In this document: piece after piece, positions 1 through 15,000 of the stretch | Layout of the letters: every line of letters starts with the position of its first letter | Numbering within the stretch: position 1 is the first letter of the stretch | Notes under the pieces: generated by a model | Told to the model about the DNA's origin: nothing | What the model saw: only the letters and a program-made list of their open reading frames with translations | Database searches by the model: none | Position numbers and translations under genes: made by a program | Source: Candidatus Omnitrophota bacterium | GTDB taxonomy: Bacteria; Omnitrophota; Gorgyraeia; Gygaellales; Profunditerraquicolaceae | Direction: 5' to 3' | Assembly (NCBI GenBank): GCA_028716965.1 | Contig: JAQUOV010000008.1 | Span: 16,766-80,765, forward strand | DNA: 64,000 nt

Positions 1-3000
1 GCTCATAGATATTTTCCGCCACAACCCCTCTTTCAGTAAAATAGGCGTTATACCAGGCCCCGTTATTCTTGGGCAGGCGTAATAACGCCCTGGTTAAATG
101 TTCGGCTGTTTCAATATCTCCCACAGACAGGGCCGCCTGGATAGCCTGAGCCTGGTTGTAAATCCAGGTCACTTTGAATGATGGGTCGCGTTCAGGGAGA
201 TTAGAAAAAGATTGTATAAGCCCGTTAGGACTAATTTGCGTTTTTAACCACAGATAAGCTTTATTTAGATTATCTTTACTCAGATGGGGGCGGGAACCAG
301 CTTTGGAAGGAAATAGCGTCTCTTGCAGCAATTTGCCCGGAGAAAAATATACCAAGACAAGAAACTGTAAGAATTCTCTTCGGTTTATTGGGCTGGAGGT
401 AAACAGCCTTGGAGCCGTCGACCCTTGCTTAACCAAGGTTATTTGCATCTCCGGCGGCGAGGCAGCGGGCGGATCTAAAATAAAACTGATTTCATAATAG
501 GCCTTCGGCTGAGCCAAAGAGCCGGTTATATCTTGAGGCGCATTGCCGCCCCATTGGAGTCTGATGGGCATCGAGAATTGCCTGCATAATTTGAAATAAA
601 GCCCGCAGCATGATTGGGGCGCGGCTGTATGGAGAATTATCTTTTTTGTGCCGGTAGGAGCGCTATGCGCGAAATCAAATAACTCCCTGAATAACTCAAC
701 CTCCAGGGCGGCCTTTTGTTCAGAGGAAGCCATAATCGCCATATCAAAAATGTAAAGGTTCCTGTCGAAAATCCGACCAAATATCAAATATCCCGCAACC
801 TCTTCCCCGTTAAGCCGTCCGGATCCGACAATGGTATGGTTGTTTTTATCCGCCAAAACCCTTCCGTCCCCCTGAAAAGCAGTGTAATAAAATATATTCG
901 CGCTATTTTGATTAATGCCCCTTATGATCCCGAACGCTCCCCCATCACCATCTCCAGGCCTTAATATCACAACATTGAAACCGTCCCCATCTTTTTGCAT
1001 TAATTTATCCCTGCTCAAAGGCGACGCGCCAGCTCTAAAGCTTAGCTCAAAATGATCAAACAACTCACCCATTCTTTCAGGTATATTTGACCATTTTACA
1101 AATGCTAACCTGATACCGGATCTCTCTTCCAGTTCGGCCTTATTTATCCTAATGCCATAAATATGCTGCCAAAAATCCTCTATAGACCCGCCCTTGAAGC
1201 CTCTCGGCAAGCTGATTTTTCTGTCAAATCGCAAGTATGCATTTATTATCCTTCTTTCAAATCTCAGGAAATCCCTCCTGCCTCCCTCAAAGAAATACTT
1301 TTTGACATCCGCCACGTCATATACAATCAGGCCGGCAAGCGGAACTGCGATATAAGCAAATCCCCTGCAAGCGGCTTCATCTATATCCTTTGAGCTTGGC
1401 AAGAGTATACCCGGATGCGTATGAAGCATAACCTCACCCTTCATATCATATCTGCCTACCGTATGAATAATCCTGCCTTTCTTATGTGTCTTTTCCCCCA
1501 CACCGCAAATCCAGGGGCTCCCGCTCTTATATACTAAAATTATTTCTCTCAGAGCGCCGCCAAATAAAATAAGGCTGCTTTTTGTGATGCGCTCATCCAA
1601 AAGAATGAATTCCCTTCCCTCGTGCAATTTTGCCGTGTTTTCTTCTCTTAAATACGGCGCTAATGAGCAAAGTAATATACTACGCATATTCTCATAAGTT
1701 TCATCTCCCCCTGCTAAAGACAAACTGCTGCTAGCCGATATTTTCCCGTAGATTTTAGGAGCGAATATCCGCACTCCTCTAAGATCCACCCCCCCATATG
1801 TATTACCTTTAATTATTACAGAGGATTCAGGCTCAACTTTAAATCCCTGGGCCCGCATTCTGGCCGCCATTCTTAACAAATCAGCGCTTATGGAATCCTC
1901 CCAAAGCGTTCCTCCTACTCCTATGTAAACAATCCCGCATCTCTCCAATAACAACCTTACTAATTCCTGGCCATAACCCCTCCCTCGCTCTCCCAGCACA
2001 GAAATATACGGCAACCCTACTCCCTCTTTATAATTCTTGATAATGCTTGCCCGCGCAGCCTCTTCCAGGGGCCCCATTAATGAAACCTGGCCGTCCGGGA
2101 ACACTTTTAACTTAAGCTCCCCTGTATTCTTATACTCCTTTGCCCCTTTTTCTATTTGCCTCCTGATGCTATTGGCTTGCTGAACAATAAATTGCCTCCA
2201 AAATTTTTCAGCAATGCTTGTTTTTCTCTGCGCAAGCGGGGAAGCACAGGGTCCGCGTTTATCTATCTGCCCGATTAATTTTGACAACTCCCTTCCGACA
2301 GCCCCTCCTTTTGGACGGCTGAAATCATAAGGTTTGCCCGCTGATAGTAATACAATATTCCAAATCATTTCATCTCGTAAGCCCTGCACCCCTCCGGTTA
2401 GTTTATAAATAAAATGATGCACTATATCAACAGCGGCCCACAACGAAAGACCCCACTGGACACTGCTGTTTAATCGCAGAGCTTCAGGCAGTTTAACTTC
2501 AGCAATATTTAAACCCATAAGCAACAATAAAGCAGCACCTAAGAATATATTAAAAATGCGCAGATGAATGAATGCCCTGATAAAGTTTTCTTTGGCCTGC
2601 GGGGATAAATCCCGGTAACGGAATATTCTAATGAGCCAGAATGAGGATGCGGTTACCCCATAACTGATAATGGCCGCAACCGCGGGAATAAGAGCTGATT
2701 GCCTGATAAAAGAATATGGCAGAAGGACCAACCCAAACAATGCCCAGGCACAGGGGCTTATAAGGGCAAATACAGCTCTATAAGATAATATATTCGGCAT
2801 AATTGCTTTACCTGCGGTCTTAAGGCCGCTTTTGTCTAAATTTATGGCGGATGAGGAGTTCTGATTTAAGCCTCTGATATTAAACTTCTTTCTTGTTGCC
2901 TCTGCCGCTTCCGGATCCAACTGTTTCGCTTTCTTGAAATCATCTTGCGCCTTGTTCTTATCTTTTGATAAATAATGGGCAACCGCCCTTAAACCGTATA

Positions 3001-6000
3001 GTTCGCTTAATATTACGGTAAATTGCTTTTCCGCCAGCCGTTTTGTTTGCGGAGTGTTTCCCGACACTCGCCCTACTATTTTTGTAATCAGATCCGCAGC
3101 CTGAGAAAAATCATTTAACTTTATTAAGCAATAGGCAATGTGGTAATTTATCAACAGGGTCTCTTTCATCTCGGGCTCATATTTTAACGCTAAGCGTAAA
3201 TCTTCAGCTGCGTCATGATAATACGCTACTTTATTCTCAAGTTCAGCTAACTCCAATAGTATGCCGGCTTTTTGCAAATAAAGAACGGGGTCCCTGAAAT
3301 TATTTTCATGGGATTTATTAAAATATTTTACCGCCAAATGATAATAGGGTATCCTGCCGGAGATATCCCGCGTTTTTCTTAATAGATTGCGGAACAAAGT
3401 GCATTGTTGAGCCGTTATATAATTAATCCAGCCCAGCAGGAAATATCCTCCTCCATATGCGGGGTCAATTTCTATGGCCTTGCGCGCTAAAATTTCAGCT
3501 TTTTCAAGGTATTTATCCCCCTGGCTATATAATCCGGCAATACCCGTATAAGAGCAAAGAGGGGCCAAATATACCTCTTCCCCTGCCCCTAAGATATTAT
3601 TGATTATTGATTGCGCTCTTTCCCATGCCAGCAGCGCTTGTGTAAAATTTCCTTTAGAATATAAAACATGCCCACTCCAATAATCGGCCCTGACAGCCCT
3701 CCATGTGATAAAAGCCTTTTCCGGAGTCATCGCGGGCAGCAGGCTGATTGCCCTGGCAATCTCCGCAGGTGCCTTCATTTTTATCAGCAGCAATTCAGAA
3801 CAGGCATTATTCGTTTCTATCCTTGATGATCCGGGGATGTTATTCCTAGGTGACGCTAAATTATTCTTACTTGGAAAATATGCATAAGCGGGATGAACAT
3901 AAGATAATACGGAAATTATTAGGCAGGCAACCAAAGCCCATAACGGCGGAGCGCGTATGGCTTGGGTACGGTCAGATATCCCGCCGGCAGCAAAATCATT
4001 TGTTTGCAGATCTAGCTTTTCATTGCTATCCGCCTTATTGAACGCTTCCTTCCTTGAAAAATATACCTTACGGAAAGGTTTCTTGTGAGGCCTGTCATAT
4101 TGATAGATAGGGCTGGCACTCGCTTTATTTTTACCCCACCGGATCAAATTATACCCATGGTCAAAGAACTTAAGACAGCCTGCCTCCGTTCTACTGTCAA
4201 AATAATTAACAGGGTCCTCTAATTTAAATCCGTGGTCTGCCCACCACTCCAGCAGGAATACAGGAAAACGAATTTTTATTATGTCAGGATATTCATCGCA
4301 TGGATCGGTCATCATGGGGAGTCCAAACTTTATCCTTATAAATTCAGAGAATGACTTTTTAAACTCCAGGAGTCTTCCGTCTATCATTATCTTGCTAAAC
4401 AGAAAACCGAGGCGCCGCTCTATTCCCGTAAGGTTAAGCCAACCCTGACGTTCAGAAAATTCCGGGCGTAAATCCAGCTCAACCTCTGAACCAGAATGAT
4501 CCATGGAAATAATTTGTTTTTCTTCTGTTCCGCTGGGGCTTCTAACGCTTCGGAGCAAATACTTTGATTCTTTAAGGCGCTCGAGCATGGATTTTATGCC
4601 AAGGGAATACTCCTCCCTGATCCTTGCCTCCACCGCCTCAAGATCAACTTCATCGGTTTGAACTGTAAAAATTATTTTGTGGCGCATGCAATACAGAAAG
4701 ATGAAACGCAAGGCAGTTATTCCATTGCCCATTCTCTTGTAATCCGGAAAAATGCGGAATGACTGCACGCGGATTAGGGGATTTTCCACCCAATTATCCC
4801 CCGGTGTCCAATAACCATAGGAAAATATTAATCCGCAATAGCCTACTTTATATTCCGCGCCGGATTTACCCATATAAATATCATGGTCGCAGCTATTCCC
4901 GCCGCTTTTCTTAAGCACTAATATCGTAGGCAGGCCGTTCTTTTCATTCCTGAGCGCTATGTTTCTGCTGAAGGCGCCTAGAAAATCTTTTTCTGAATAC
5001 TTTGCCTCCAGCGCGGAGCTGCTGGTATCCTCAACGCAGAATTTTATTAAAATTACAGGCACCAGCATCATTGTATAGATCGCGTCAGATGTAACGGGAA
5101 GATCAACGACGATATTAGGGATGCCGTTTTGGCTGGCAGAATTCACCATTGCCTCTTGAGATCCCGTGAGAGTTCCGTTGCCGACAAAAATAATCAATTT
5201 ATCGGGAGAGCCCGCTTCCAGGCGAAACAACGAACGCAATTTATCTTGCATGGCGGAAGGTATTCTGCTGATTTCCTCGGATAGCGATGTTATATAATCA
5301 TTATAAAATTCAACATACCAGTCCGTAAAACCGGTTACGGATTCATCAAGAGGGGCAATTTCAATAAAATTGATTCCTGCTTTTTTCAGCATAAGATAAA
5401 TCTTAATGCTGAGTTCATAAGCATAATCCCTGCTTGAATCCCCGGGAACCCCTACTCCCTCATAACGGGGAGTAAACCCGTTAATCCTCTTTAGCAATTC
5501 TTCCAGCTCTTGGAGCAAAGCAGGCCTTTTGGATTCCGGATCAAAACCATTATAATTCTCAAGCAGCTCTTCTATCTTATTTACTATCTCTGTTGTATCA
5601 AACACCCGATTCGGGTTTTTGTATTTATTAAGCAGTTCTCCTAATTTATTTACCGCCGTTATTCTTTTGTAGGCCAGCGATAATCCTTGCAGAAGATCAT
5701 CTATATCCCATCCGCTTATGCCTGCGCAAAATAATGCCGCGGGGGTGAATATTGCCTGCCTGCCTTTAATGCCCTGGACCGCCGGCAAGGCGCCCAGGAA
5801 AAAGGATGCTCTCCTGCGCAGATTATCAAACCAGAGTCTCTGATGTTCGCGATGAAGCTCATGGCTTGCGCCTACATTGCTTATTATCACAATCCTGGAA
5901 GCATACATATCGCTTCCAACTTCTTTAATGAACCTGTCTCTTAAAATGGGGTAATTTGAGGGTAGCCTGTCGGAATCGGTAATTACGGTCAATATTGTTT

Positions 6001-9000
6001 TATCTAAGTTCGGGGTATTCACGGAAAGAAAACCTGTTAATTCTTTGCAAGATAGGTTATCTTCGATAAAATGGATCCGGGGGCCTGCTCTACTGTCTGC
6101 CGAGTTATAATCACGGCCGTTTAATATCCGGTGCAGCGATCTCATCCCCAATCCAGAACCATCCCTTCCCAATATCAAAACGTCTGTTATCTTGTCCTGC
6201 CCCCAAAGGCGGATTATCTTACCTGCCAGTTTCTTGGCTTCATCAACATCGTAACCGCCGTCATACCGGCATTGGGAAGCGTAGTTGAAACATCCCGATT
6301 TCTTGCTGTAGCAGCCCAAAGATGTTGCAATAAATTTCTTATAGATATTCATGAGGGCTATCCCCGCCGCATCCAGATCTTCGGCGGTCAACCTGTTTCC
6401 TCCGGGGAGGGAAAAATGAATATTGCTCATGGAAATTGTGATTGAAGATCTACGGGGCTGATTTTTACGGACAAGTGACGAGGCGGCAGGGCCTTCACTG
6501 AGATTAAATATTTTCCCGTTTTTTATTACGGTTGAGAATGATTTCAATCGTTTTGGATCATTCTCTTCCGCAAGCAGTAAAACCAAGGTTTCAATATCAT
6601 CGGCAGAATAGTTATTTTTAACCGCGCTTATCGCTATTTTCGCCTTTTTATCGCTATCTAAGATCAGTTCCGCAGCAGAAATTATTTTGACTGCTTCTGT
6701 TTCTGAGTAATTGTTTCTTCCGACAAGATCCAGGATATTGCTTAAAATCTCCCTTTGCGCGGGCGCTGCTTCTGTCTTAAGTATTATTCCCATAACTTCG
6801 GCATTGGCAAATCCGAGTTTTTCTATGGACAGCCTCATATTTTTTGCCTCAGCAATGTTGGATATGTTTTCTTGCTTTGCCAATAAGTATGCTTGCTCAA
6901 TGCCGGGCCACGATAGTTCTCGGAGATGGCAGGCAATGGCTATCAGGCTCCTTACCCCCCGGGGAATACCGTTTAACCCGGGTAGATACTCAGGTAAATC
7001 CCTTAACAATTCCCTTACGGTCTTAGGCTTACTGCTTGCTTTATGATAAAATTGTCCTAACAATTCATCCTGGGTCCACCCGACATGATCTTTTAACTCT
7101 AAGTATTTTTCCGCCACCATACGGTAAAATGAACCCTGTAAATGCGGAAAGTGCCGCAACAGATTATCTAACCCCTGCTCTCCCCTGTTGACCGCAGGGG
7201 ACTCTTCAGCCGCTCCTTTTATTTCGCTTGCCTCCGGCCGCTCTTCATCAGCTTCTCTTTGCCGAAATAGCTTGGTTTTTCTTGCAGGCGGAAATGATGG
7301 CTCAAAAGGCTGCTTATCCAATGCCACCTTTAACCCCAGTATTGCACAGTTTATCTCTTCCTGCTGCGGGACAATATAATCCTGTAATATATGCCAAATA
7401 GCGATTCCCAACGGTATTTCTTTGTTGCGATTCTCAAAATACTCGGCTTCTTTCCCGGATAAAGACTTTATTGACTTTGGCAGATTTTTAATATTTCTCA
7501 GAGAGACTGAGTTTGTCTTTAAAATTGTTTCTATCGCGCCGTCTTCGAAGTTTTCCTTACCTTTCATAACACTCTTAAGGCGGAACAATTCCGATACAAT
7601 TATCTTTTCTTCCTGCGTCTGGGCTGATTTTGTGGGAAGATGCAAGGCCTTTCCGTTCGCTCTTTGAGGATCATCTTGCGCGGACAGATTCTGCGGCTTA
7701 CGCGGCCGGCCGGCTCCACGCTTTGCCGAAAATAGCTTGTTTTCTTTTTTTAACCTGTCATGTTTTACCGCAAAGGGAGCTTCTTCCGTTTGCCTGACCC
7801 TTTGCCTTACCCTGATTTTAATTTCCGGATATCCTTCTTTTAACAAAATCTCGCTGCTTAAAGGTAAAAACTTCTTTAAAGTGGCATATGCTAAGCCCAA
7901 CTCTTCAGATAACGCGTTCATATTCCATATTTTATTTATTTCATCGGCTTTCCTTTTCAAGGCCCATCCTAAAATCCAGGCTAAACTTCCTTTTGCTTCT
8001 CTAATAGTAACGTCTGTTTCATTTTTGCCGTCCAGAGAGGAACCGCTCCGGTGAGTATCGGGGCCATCCGCTCTTTCTTCGGTTCCCGTTTTACAAATTA
8101 TCGCCAATCCACCTCCTTTTTCCCCTTTTTCTACAATAAGCGAATAGCTTAAAGGTGCAGCATGATGTATAAAGCAATCAGCTAATTTCTTAAGCTTCTT
8201 TTTGTCAAAACAGCGTTCGTGCCCCCAGCGCCTATCAGGAGAATCTTCAAAGGGGACATGAACAAGATGAAGCCATATGCCGCAACGTGCAATATTGCGT
8301 ATAATATCCGCCAAGATATAATCTTCCGCGATATGTTCGTAGATATCGTTAGCGATTACAATACCGCCTTCTTTAAATTCAATTTCTTGGGCAAAACCGT
8401 CTTCAAGCTCTAATTTTTCATCCTTAATCCTGGGAACTACATAGTTAAAGATTAAGCCGGTTCTTCCCCCCCTGTATTGTGCAACGCACCGCTCATATTC
8501 AAAAAGGCCTAATCTGTTGAACGCTTCCACATCGGGGTCAACAAGGTAAAACGTGGCAGAGATAATTATTCCTTTGCTCCTGGCCCATTTATCTAATCTG
8601 GGGGCGGCCACCGCTCCGAATAACCCTCCAGCTGCCCCAACATCGTAAATACTCACGCTGGCTTCAGAAAAAGGCGATTGTTTAATCCGGATATTTAAGT
8701 ATTTTATAATTATCTCTATCTCCTTATCGTATAGCCTGCTTCCTTTCCTGATGAAATTCCTAAAGATCCGATCATAAATAGCGGGGGAAAAGATTGACTT
8801 ATATTCCAATGTTGTCCAGAATACCGCCAGATGCGACTGCAATAAATTCATCTTTTTGTCATGAGATATCATCCTTAAACTTTCTTCCCGCTCAGCTATC
8901 CTCTTGAATAACTTAGCCAAATCTCTGATATAGTTAGTATTACATATCTTCCAGTGGTGGATTAATTTGCAGCTTTCTTGCGGTGCGGGATCGTCGTTTA

Positions 9001-12000
9001 TTATAAATAGGACCATGAAATTATCCTTACCGGCATAAAGCCTTATGTCTTTCACTATGCCGCTATATAAATTCTTAAAATGAATTACTGCCCGGCTAAC
9101 TTCTTTGCACCAGGCAATCATAGATAAAGCTGAAATACTATCTTGCGTTTTTTTACCGGAGCTTATTCTTACATGCTCACAGCTTATCCTCCCATAGCCG
9201 AAAGCATCCGGAACATACGGGATGATAAGATCGGAAGAATATTTTACTTGCGATCCGCTGCTTTTAAGCGCTGATGAGGATTCTAGGATGCGCTCAATTG
9301 AATCACCGGAACGTACCAAATTATTCAAGTCGATCCTGTGGCCGTTTGCCAGATAATAAGCGGTCAGCCACCTTTGGCCGCTTTTAAGCCTCTTTTCCGT
9401 ATCAACCAGGGCTGCGATCGATCCACCAAGAATAACAATGTCTCCCTTTCTCAATACAGGTTCGGCCGAATCAAAGTTGCCGAGCTTTTCTCTGCGCAAT
9501 TGATTATTCACAATGGCATTGTTTACGGTTGCCATTATTTCTCCGTTGACTCTGAGAAAATGCTTTCTTCTGAACTCTCGAAACCCCGTGCATAAATCAA
9601 GCGACAAAAGAAATTTCCCTAAACCATCGGCGTCGCCCTTACGTAAGTACATTTTCATTAACCTGGGACCGACGAATTTGTTTAAAAACAGCGAGGAATA
9701 TATTGTTTTAAGTAATGTATCGGTGCACACTCCCTCATCTTCCGGTCTAGGGGAACCATTGGCGTATAAGAAATTAATTACTGTTCTTTTTTCTTCTAGT
9801 GTGTAACCGCTTGGCTCCTCCAGCCCCAAGACCTCTTTTATGCATTCTTCGCTGCTAAGCCACTTCATATTCGCCTTGATCTCCTGCAGGCCCATAAAGT
9901 TAACCTTTATTTTCTCCCGCTCCACGGGCTTCCTGTATTCTCCGTGGAATAAAAACGTCATCTTGGGCATTTCTTTTTTCTGCCATAAAAGCGCGAGCGC
10001 ATAAATAAATTTGATGAACCCGGCTGCGCCAAAATCTACTTTTCCCGCAGTATACCTTAATCTTATTGTCTTATTGCCCATCCAGGAAATCAAAAGCCCC
10101 AAATCTCCTAATTGCCTGATGGCTTCAAGCGTTTCATACGCCTCACTATATCCATTTATTTGTTTGGCAAGGGCCTTTGCCTGCTCTATAAGCAGGGCTT
10201 CTAAATCATCCCCCTTACCCTTAAAACAATGTATGATTTTCTGCAGATCAAAGGATTTCTCCTTTTTGATCACGGCGCCCAAGAAACCGTGCAATAATCT
10301 GGCTATGGGCCAGTATTTTTCCAACAGCATCAATTCCTTGATATTGGCTAAATGCAGCATATATAAAAAGTTATTTAATTGCCGGTTGGTAAGAGTGCCC
10401 CTGCCTCTTGCCGCGTAGTAGGCAAAATCCAGAATAGCGGCAGCCTTAAAATACCGATTCACATTGATCAGGTAACGATTATCGATCATCATGGTATTGC
10501 CCGCCAGGTACACGATCAGCCCCCTTCTCCCTAGGGTTTCCATAAGCTGCGCCAAAGAGCGGCCCTGTATTTTATTTAGAGGCAGGCCCTGGAGCATTTC
10601 GTGGATAAACTGCCGGCTTAAATTAGCGGACCTGCGTGAGGCTGTAAAATCAAAACTGGTAATTTCACCGCCTGATGCCTCATGGATTATGTAGAATAAG
10701 GTAAGCAGCTGCATGATCTCTTTTTCGGAGAGGTGCATAAACACTTCCATGCAGTGGTCCAGTTGGATTACGCGGATAAAATCGGTTATTTTCCGGAAAT
10801 ACCCCTCATTTTCCTCTTCTAATCCGCTTAACTCCATCTGCAGGCTCTTATACTTGGCGGAATCTAAAACATCCCTGTTATCGCAGGAGAATTTCTTTAA
10901 ACGGTGCTCCAGTACATCAAAGTTTTCAAGCACCGTAAGATCCAGCATGCCGACCATAAATTCCGCTTTTGATTGATTAAAGAACCTTCCGTCCCTGACG
11001 CCCAGTATATCGGCGCAATTTAACACGATAAGCAGTTTAACAAGCATATTTTTTTCGGGACTATTATCAAAATCCCTCAATGCTTTTATTATTTGACCGG
11101 TTGACCTTTCACCGATAAATATCCCGCCGAATTCCGGGTGGAATTTTATGACAAACTCCACCCAGCGGGCAATCCTCTCGTCGCTTATGCCAAGAAGGCC
11201 GAGAACTTTGCCGATAATTTGAGCCCCCCGCAGCGCGTGATCGCCGTAATCTAAAATGTCTCCGATATCATGCATCATCGCTATTATGTTAATAACAAAC
11301 AGGGGGTCTCTAACCCCCTGGCCGGCCATGAATTCAGCAGCCGAGAGCAAGGCATCGGAAAGCCTGTTAAATGCATCTTCTTCCACAAATGCCAAACCCT
11401 TCCTTAAAGCCATAAAATCCCGGTAATCTCTTTTCAGGAAAATGTTGATATACCTGTTGACAGCAAGACAATGCTCCAATATGGTGACTCCCGGGAACTT
11501 AATCCTATCCAGCATCTTCAGATATGACAATGCGTTGATCAATCCTTTATTCTTATATAACTCGGCCAGCCGCTCATCGGGACTTTGGTCTTTTAGCGCG
11601 TCCTTAAGATCAGCCAAGGCAATTGCTTGATAATCTAACGGCGGCATGCTCTCTGCCTGATTATTGTTTCCGGAGTATTCCCGTGTTTTAAATTTTTTCG
11701 TGATAGATGAGGGATCCCCGTCTCCGGAGCTAAGCATGCGGTGGTCACGGTGTTCACTGGCAAGAGTAATTATCAGATCTATATCTTCTTCTTCAATAGA
11801 CAATCTCCGTAATAACGGCCTAAGCAACACTTTGACATCTGCTTCATTGTCTCCCAAAAGTATCCTTGAATAATCTTTAAGCAGGTTGCTTAAGAATATG
11901 ATTTTATAGATCATCGGGTCTTCATGATGCTGGTCAATGTTAATAAAATTCGCCGATAATTCCCCCAACAATTTTTTATCAAGCGGTTCGGCGCTCTGGA

Positions 12001-15000
12001 GCCTGCGGCTATTAAAATATTTAAACCAGTTTTCAGAGCTGTCCGGTGAAACGTTCCTGGAAGAAAGATAACTTAATGCCAGGCATGATTCTCTAATCAA
12101 GTCGAAACGGCTATATCCGCTCCAGAATTCATCTCCGCGGTCAACGATGTAGTCTAATTCCCGGATATTCGTATATTTCTCAACCCATTCCTGAAGCTGT
12201 TCGATCCTGGTGTCGGGTGAATTCCATAGAATGGAAAAATCATCCCTTGCCCTCCGGGGAAGCGCATCTACCGCTCCGGACAACGCGCTTAGCAGCAAAT
12301 ACCGGACTTCAAAATACTCATCCCCGGATTTCAGGTACTGAGTATATGATTTTATATTTTCATCAAAGCGGGCGCACCTTAAGGAGTGGAAATAGCAGAT
12401 CGCTGCTTCTTTAAAAAGCCCTTCCGCCCGGAAATTATCCCCTTCCCGGATAAGAAACCCCTGGAGATCCGTTAAGGTGATCGGCTTTACCTCATCCCCA
12501 AGAATTTTCAAATTAATATAATCTATCTCTTTCCTGATATTGCCTCTTATTTCATTTTCCAACCCTCTTTTCCCGAATTCCCGGTGAATTTCCGGATTCT
12601 CATGATCATTACGCCTTAAAATTATATCCATGAAAGCGCTGAAAATATCCGCGTTGCCGGTCAGCGCAGAAGCGCTAAAATTAATACTCTTCCTGCCTCC
12701 AGCAAGCATCTGCGCTTTTCTTTGCGCAAGCTTATTCTCCAAATAACCGCTTATTTCATCCGGCATGCCCCCTAAAGCAATATGCAAAGCTTTAATAATT
12801 TCATTGGCGGAGAAAACCGGGATACTGTACATAAAATTTATCCTGCCTTCCCAGTAACAGGTCCAATCCCAATAACCGAAAAGGCCATCCACTAACTCAT
12901 TTATATTTCCCAACCGCAAACTGCGCAAAGTATTAATTTTTAATAACTGCGGTTCAAATTCAATCAGCCTGCCGGGTTTAATTTCTTTTTTATGCTCCAT
13001 GATATAAAGACAAATTTGCTGATTTAATCTTAAGTCCCCGTCAAAGACGCGCATTTCGCCAAAAATCAACCCGGTTTCCTGCCATAGCCTGATAAGCCTC
13101 TTAATCACCGAAACCATGATAAACTCAAAGAGCCGTGTGTCTTCAGTAATACCAAACCCCTCATCATTCCAGCTTAACATGAGCCGCACCCCAGGAGCGT
13201 ATTCGCTTAAGAAAATCGGCCAAAATCCCTCTATATGTTCCCGTAAATACAAAGGATAGGTGCGCTCCTTGAGGTCATAGTGCGCCTTTGCCTGAGCATA
13301 TCCGAATACGCGCGGCCAGGTGTGCGGATCCGCTCCAAAAGCAAGCTGTAAATTATTGTATTCATCAGAAGCTATCGCCATTTTCCCATTTTCCAGATAA
13401 TGGTTATCAATAATCAAAGAGAATAATTTGTCTTGCGATAAACTTGAGCCAATTACTCTTATTTCGATTTCCGATGTCGAGCCTTCTTTTAATGGCTCAG
13501 CCCCTACTCCCGTTCCTAACGGCCTGGCAAAAATAAGCGTTTTAGACGAATTGGGCAGATACGGCAAAAGCAGGCCTTGGGCCAACAACCCGTTTTCCAT
13601 TAATTTCAAATACATGTGCCCGGATTCATTCTGAAGATGGCTGAATTCATTAAAAGGAAGGCCAAGCGGGTAAACTGCCGGATAATTGTCAGAGGCCAAT
13701 CTCCTCATAAATACATTATAATATTGCAAGGAGATATTTGATTCTGCCGCTTCTAAATGGATTTCTCTTACAAGCTCGTCATGTTTATATGGCTGATTGC
13801 ACTCATCGTATTTACCTGTGATAATCCGGTGCATTTGCGCAATTGAGGATAAATAGCCGTTCTTTAATTCTTGGGCGCTCATTTGCGGCTGCCTGTTTCC
13901 GGCAATAGTTCCCCAATCGCGGCTGGTCAATAAATACCAGGGAAATTCCCTTTCAGGAGAAACTATTCCTTCCCTTAAGCTGCCGGCAGTATTCCTGATG
14001 CTCAAGATAAATCTGATTGCCTCAACCAATAATTGAACTTCATCATCACCGATAAACTTCCTGCCTGTATCGCCAAACCTTCTTGAGGCCTCCTGCAATA
14101 TCCCGCACATATCATTTTCCTGGATATCAAATTTTACTTTAACCGCCCACATAAAAGAACGGATAACCCTGGCGGAGAGCTTTATGTCTATAGCGTATTT
14201 TCCGGAGAAATTATTAATTTGATCTTCTAATCTTGAAATGTGAGCCAGCGTCAATGCCGTAACCCCAAAATACCTCTTCCCGTTTTTATGGGATTCATAT
14301 ATATTATGACGCACCTGGACTTTAATCTTGTCTAAGACTTCTTTGTCTCCGAATAGCATTTCGTAATCAAGCAGAAAGATATAGGCATCTTCGCAATCAA
14401 GCTCTTTAGGAGTAGAATAACCTATGCTGTTTATAATTGCTGCCTCAACCTCAAAACCTGCTCTCGTTAATATATTCGTTATACGCCCATGTAAAATACG
14501 GCAGTATCCTTTCAACTCGCTTTTACCCGGAATAACCAACAATTCAATATCAGAATTAAGAGTATAGAGATTGCGCGCTAAGCTGCCGCACACGACTACC
14601 GCGAATTCATGCTGACGCGGTTTAGTTCCCTGTTTCTTGGTACCCATTCTAAGTTCGCATTCTGCAAAGTACGCTGCTTCCCTAACCATAGTTTTTACTT
14701 CCTGGCTTAAGAAGCGGCATATTTGCTCTTCGGGAATACCGCGCTGGCTCGCCCTGCGATATGCCAATACCAATCCTTCTCTTCTTGTTCTAAAGGAATC
14801 AATAATTTTACTGGTTTCTTCCGCGGCATCAAAAACAGGGGATCCGGATCTCGCTCCCCCCTGGCAGTAGTCCTCTAATTGCTGATAATATTTATTGAGA
14901 TTAGTTTCAGGGAGTCTGCTCGGATAAAAATATTCCCCCCTTATTCCCAGCATATCTTTAACCCAGGCCGAAGGGCTCCTCACAAAGATCATCCTTTCGC

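Noticed and set aside
1-600. GH15/(alpha/alpha)6 glucoamylase-like assignment for the C-terminal-side segment (…PNGLIQSF…NNGAWYNAYF…)
   Set aside because: Only a vague resemblance to DGSW/NG-W repeats of six-hairpin glycosidases and terpene cyclases was seen. No catalytic signature was found.
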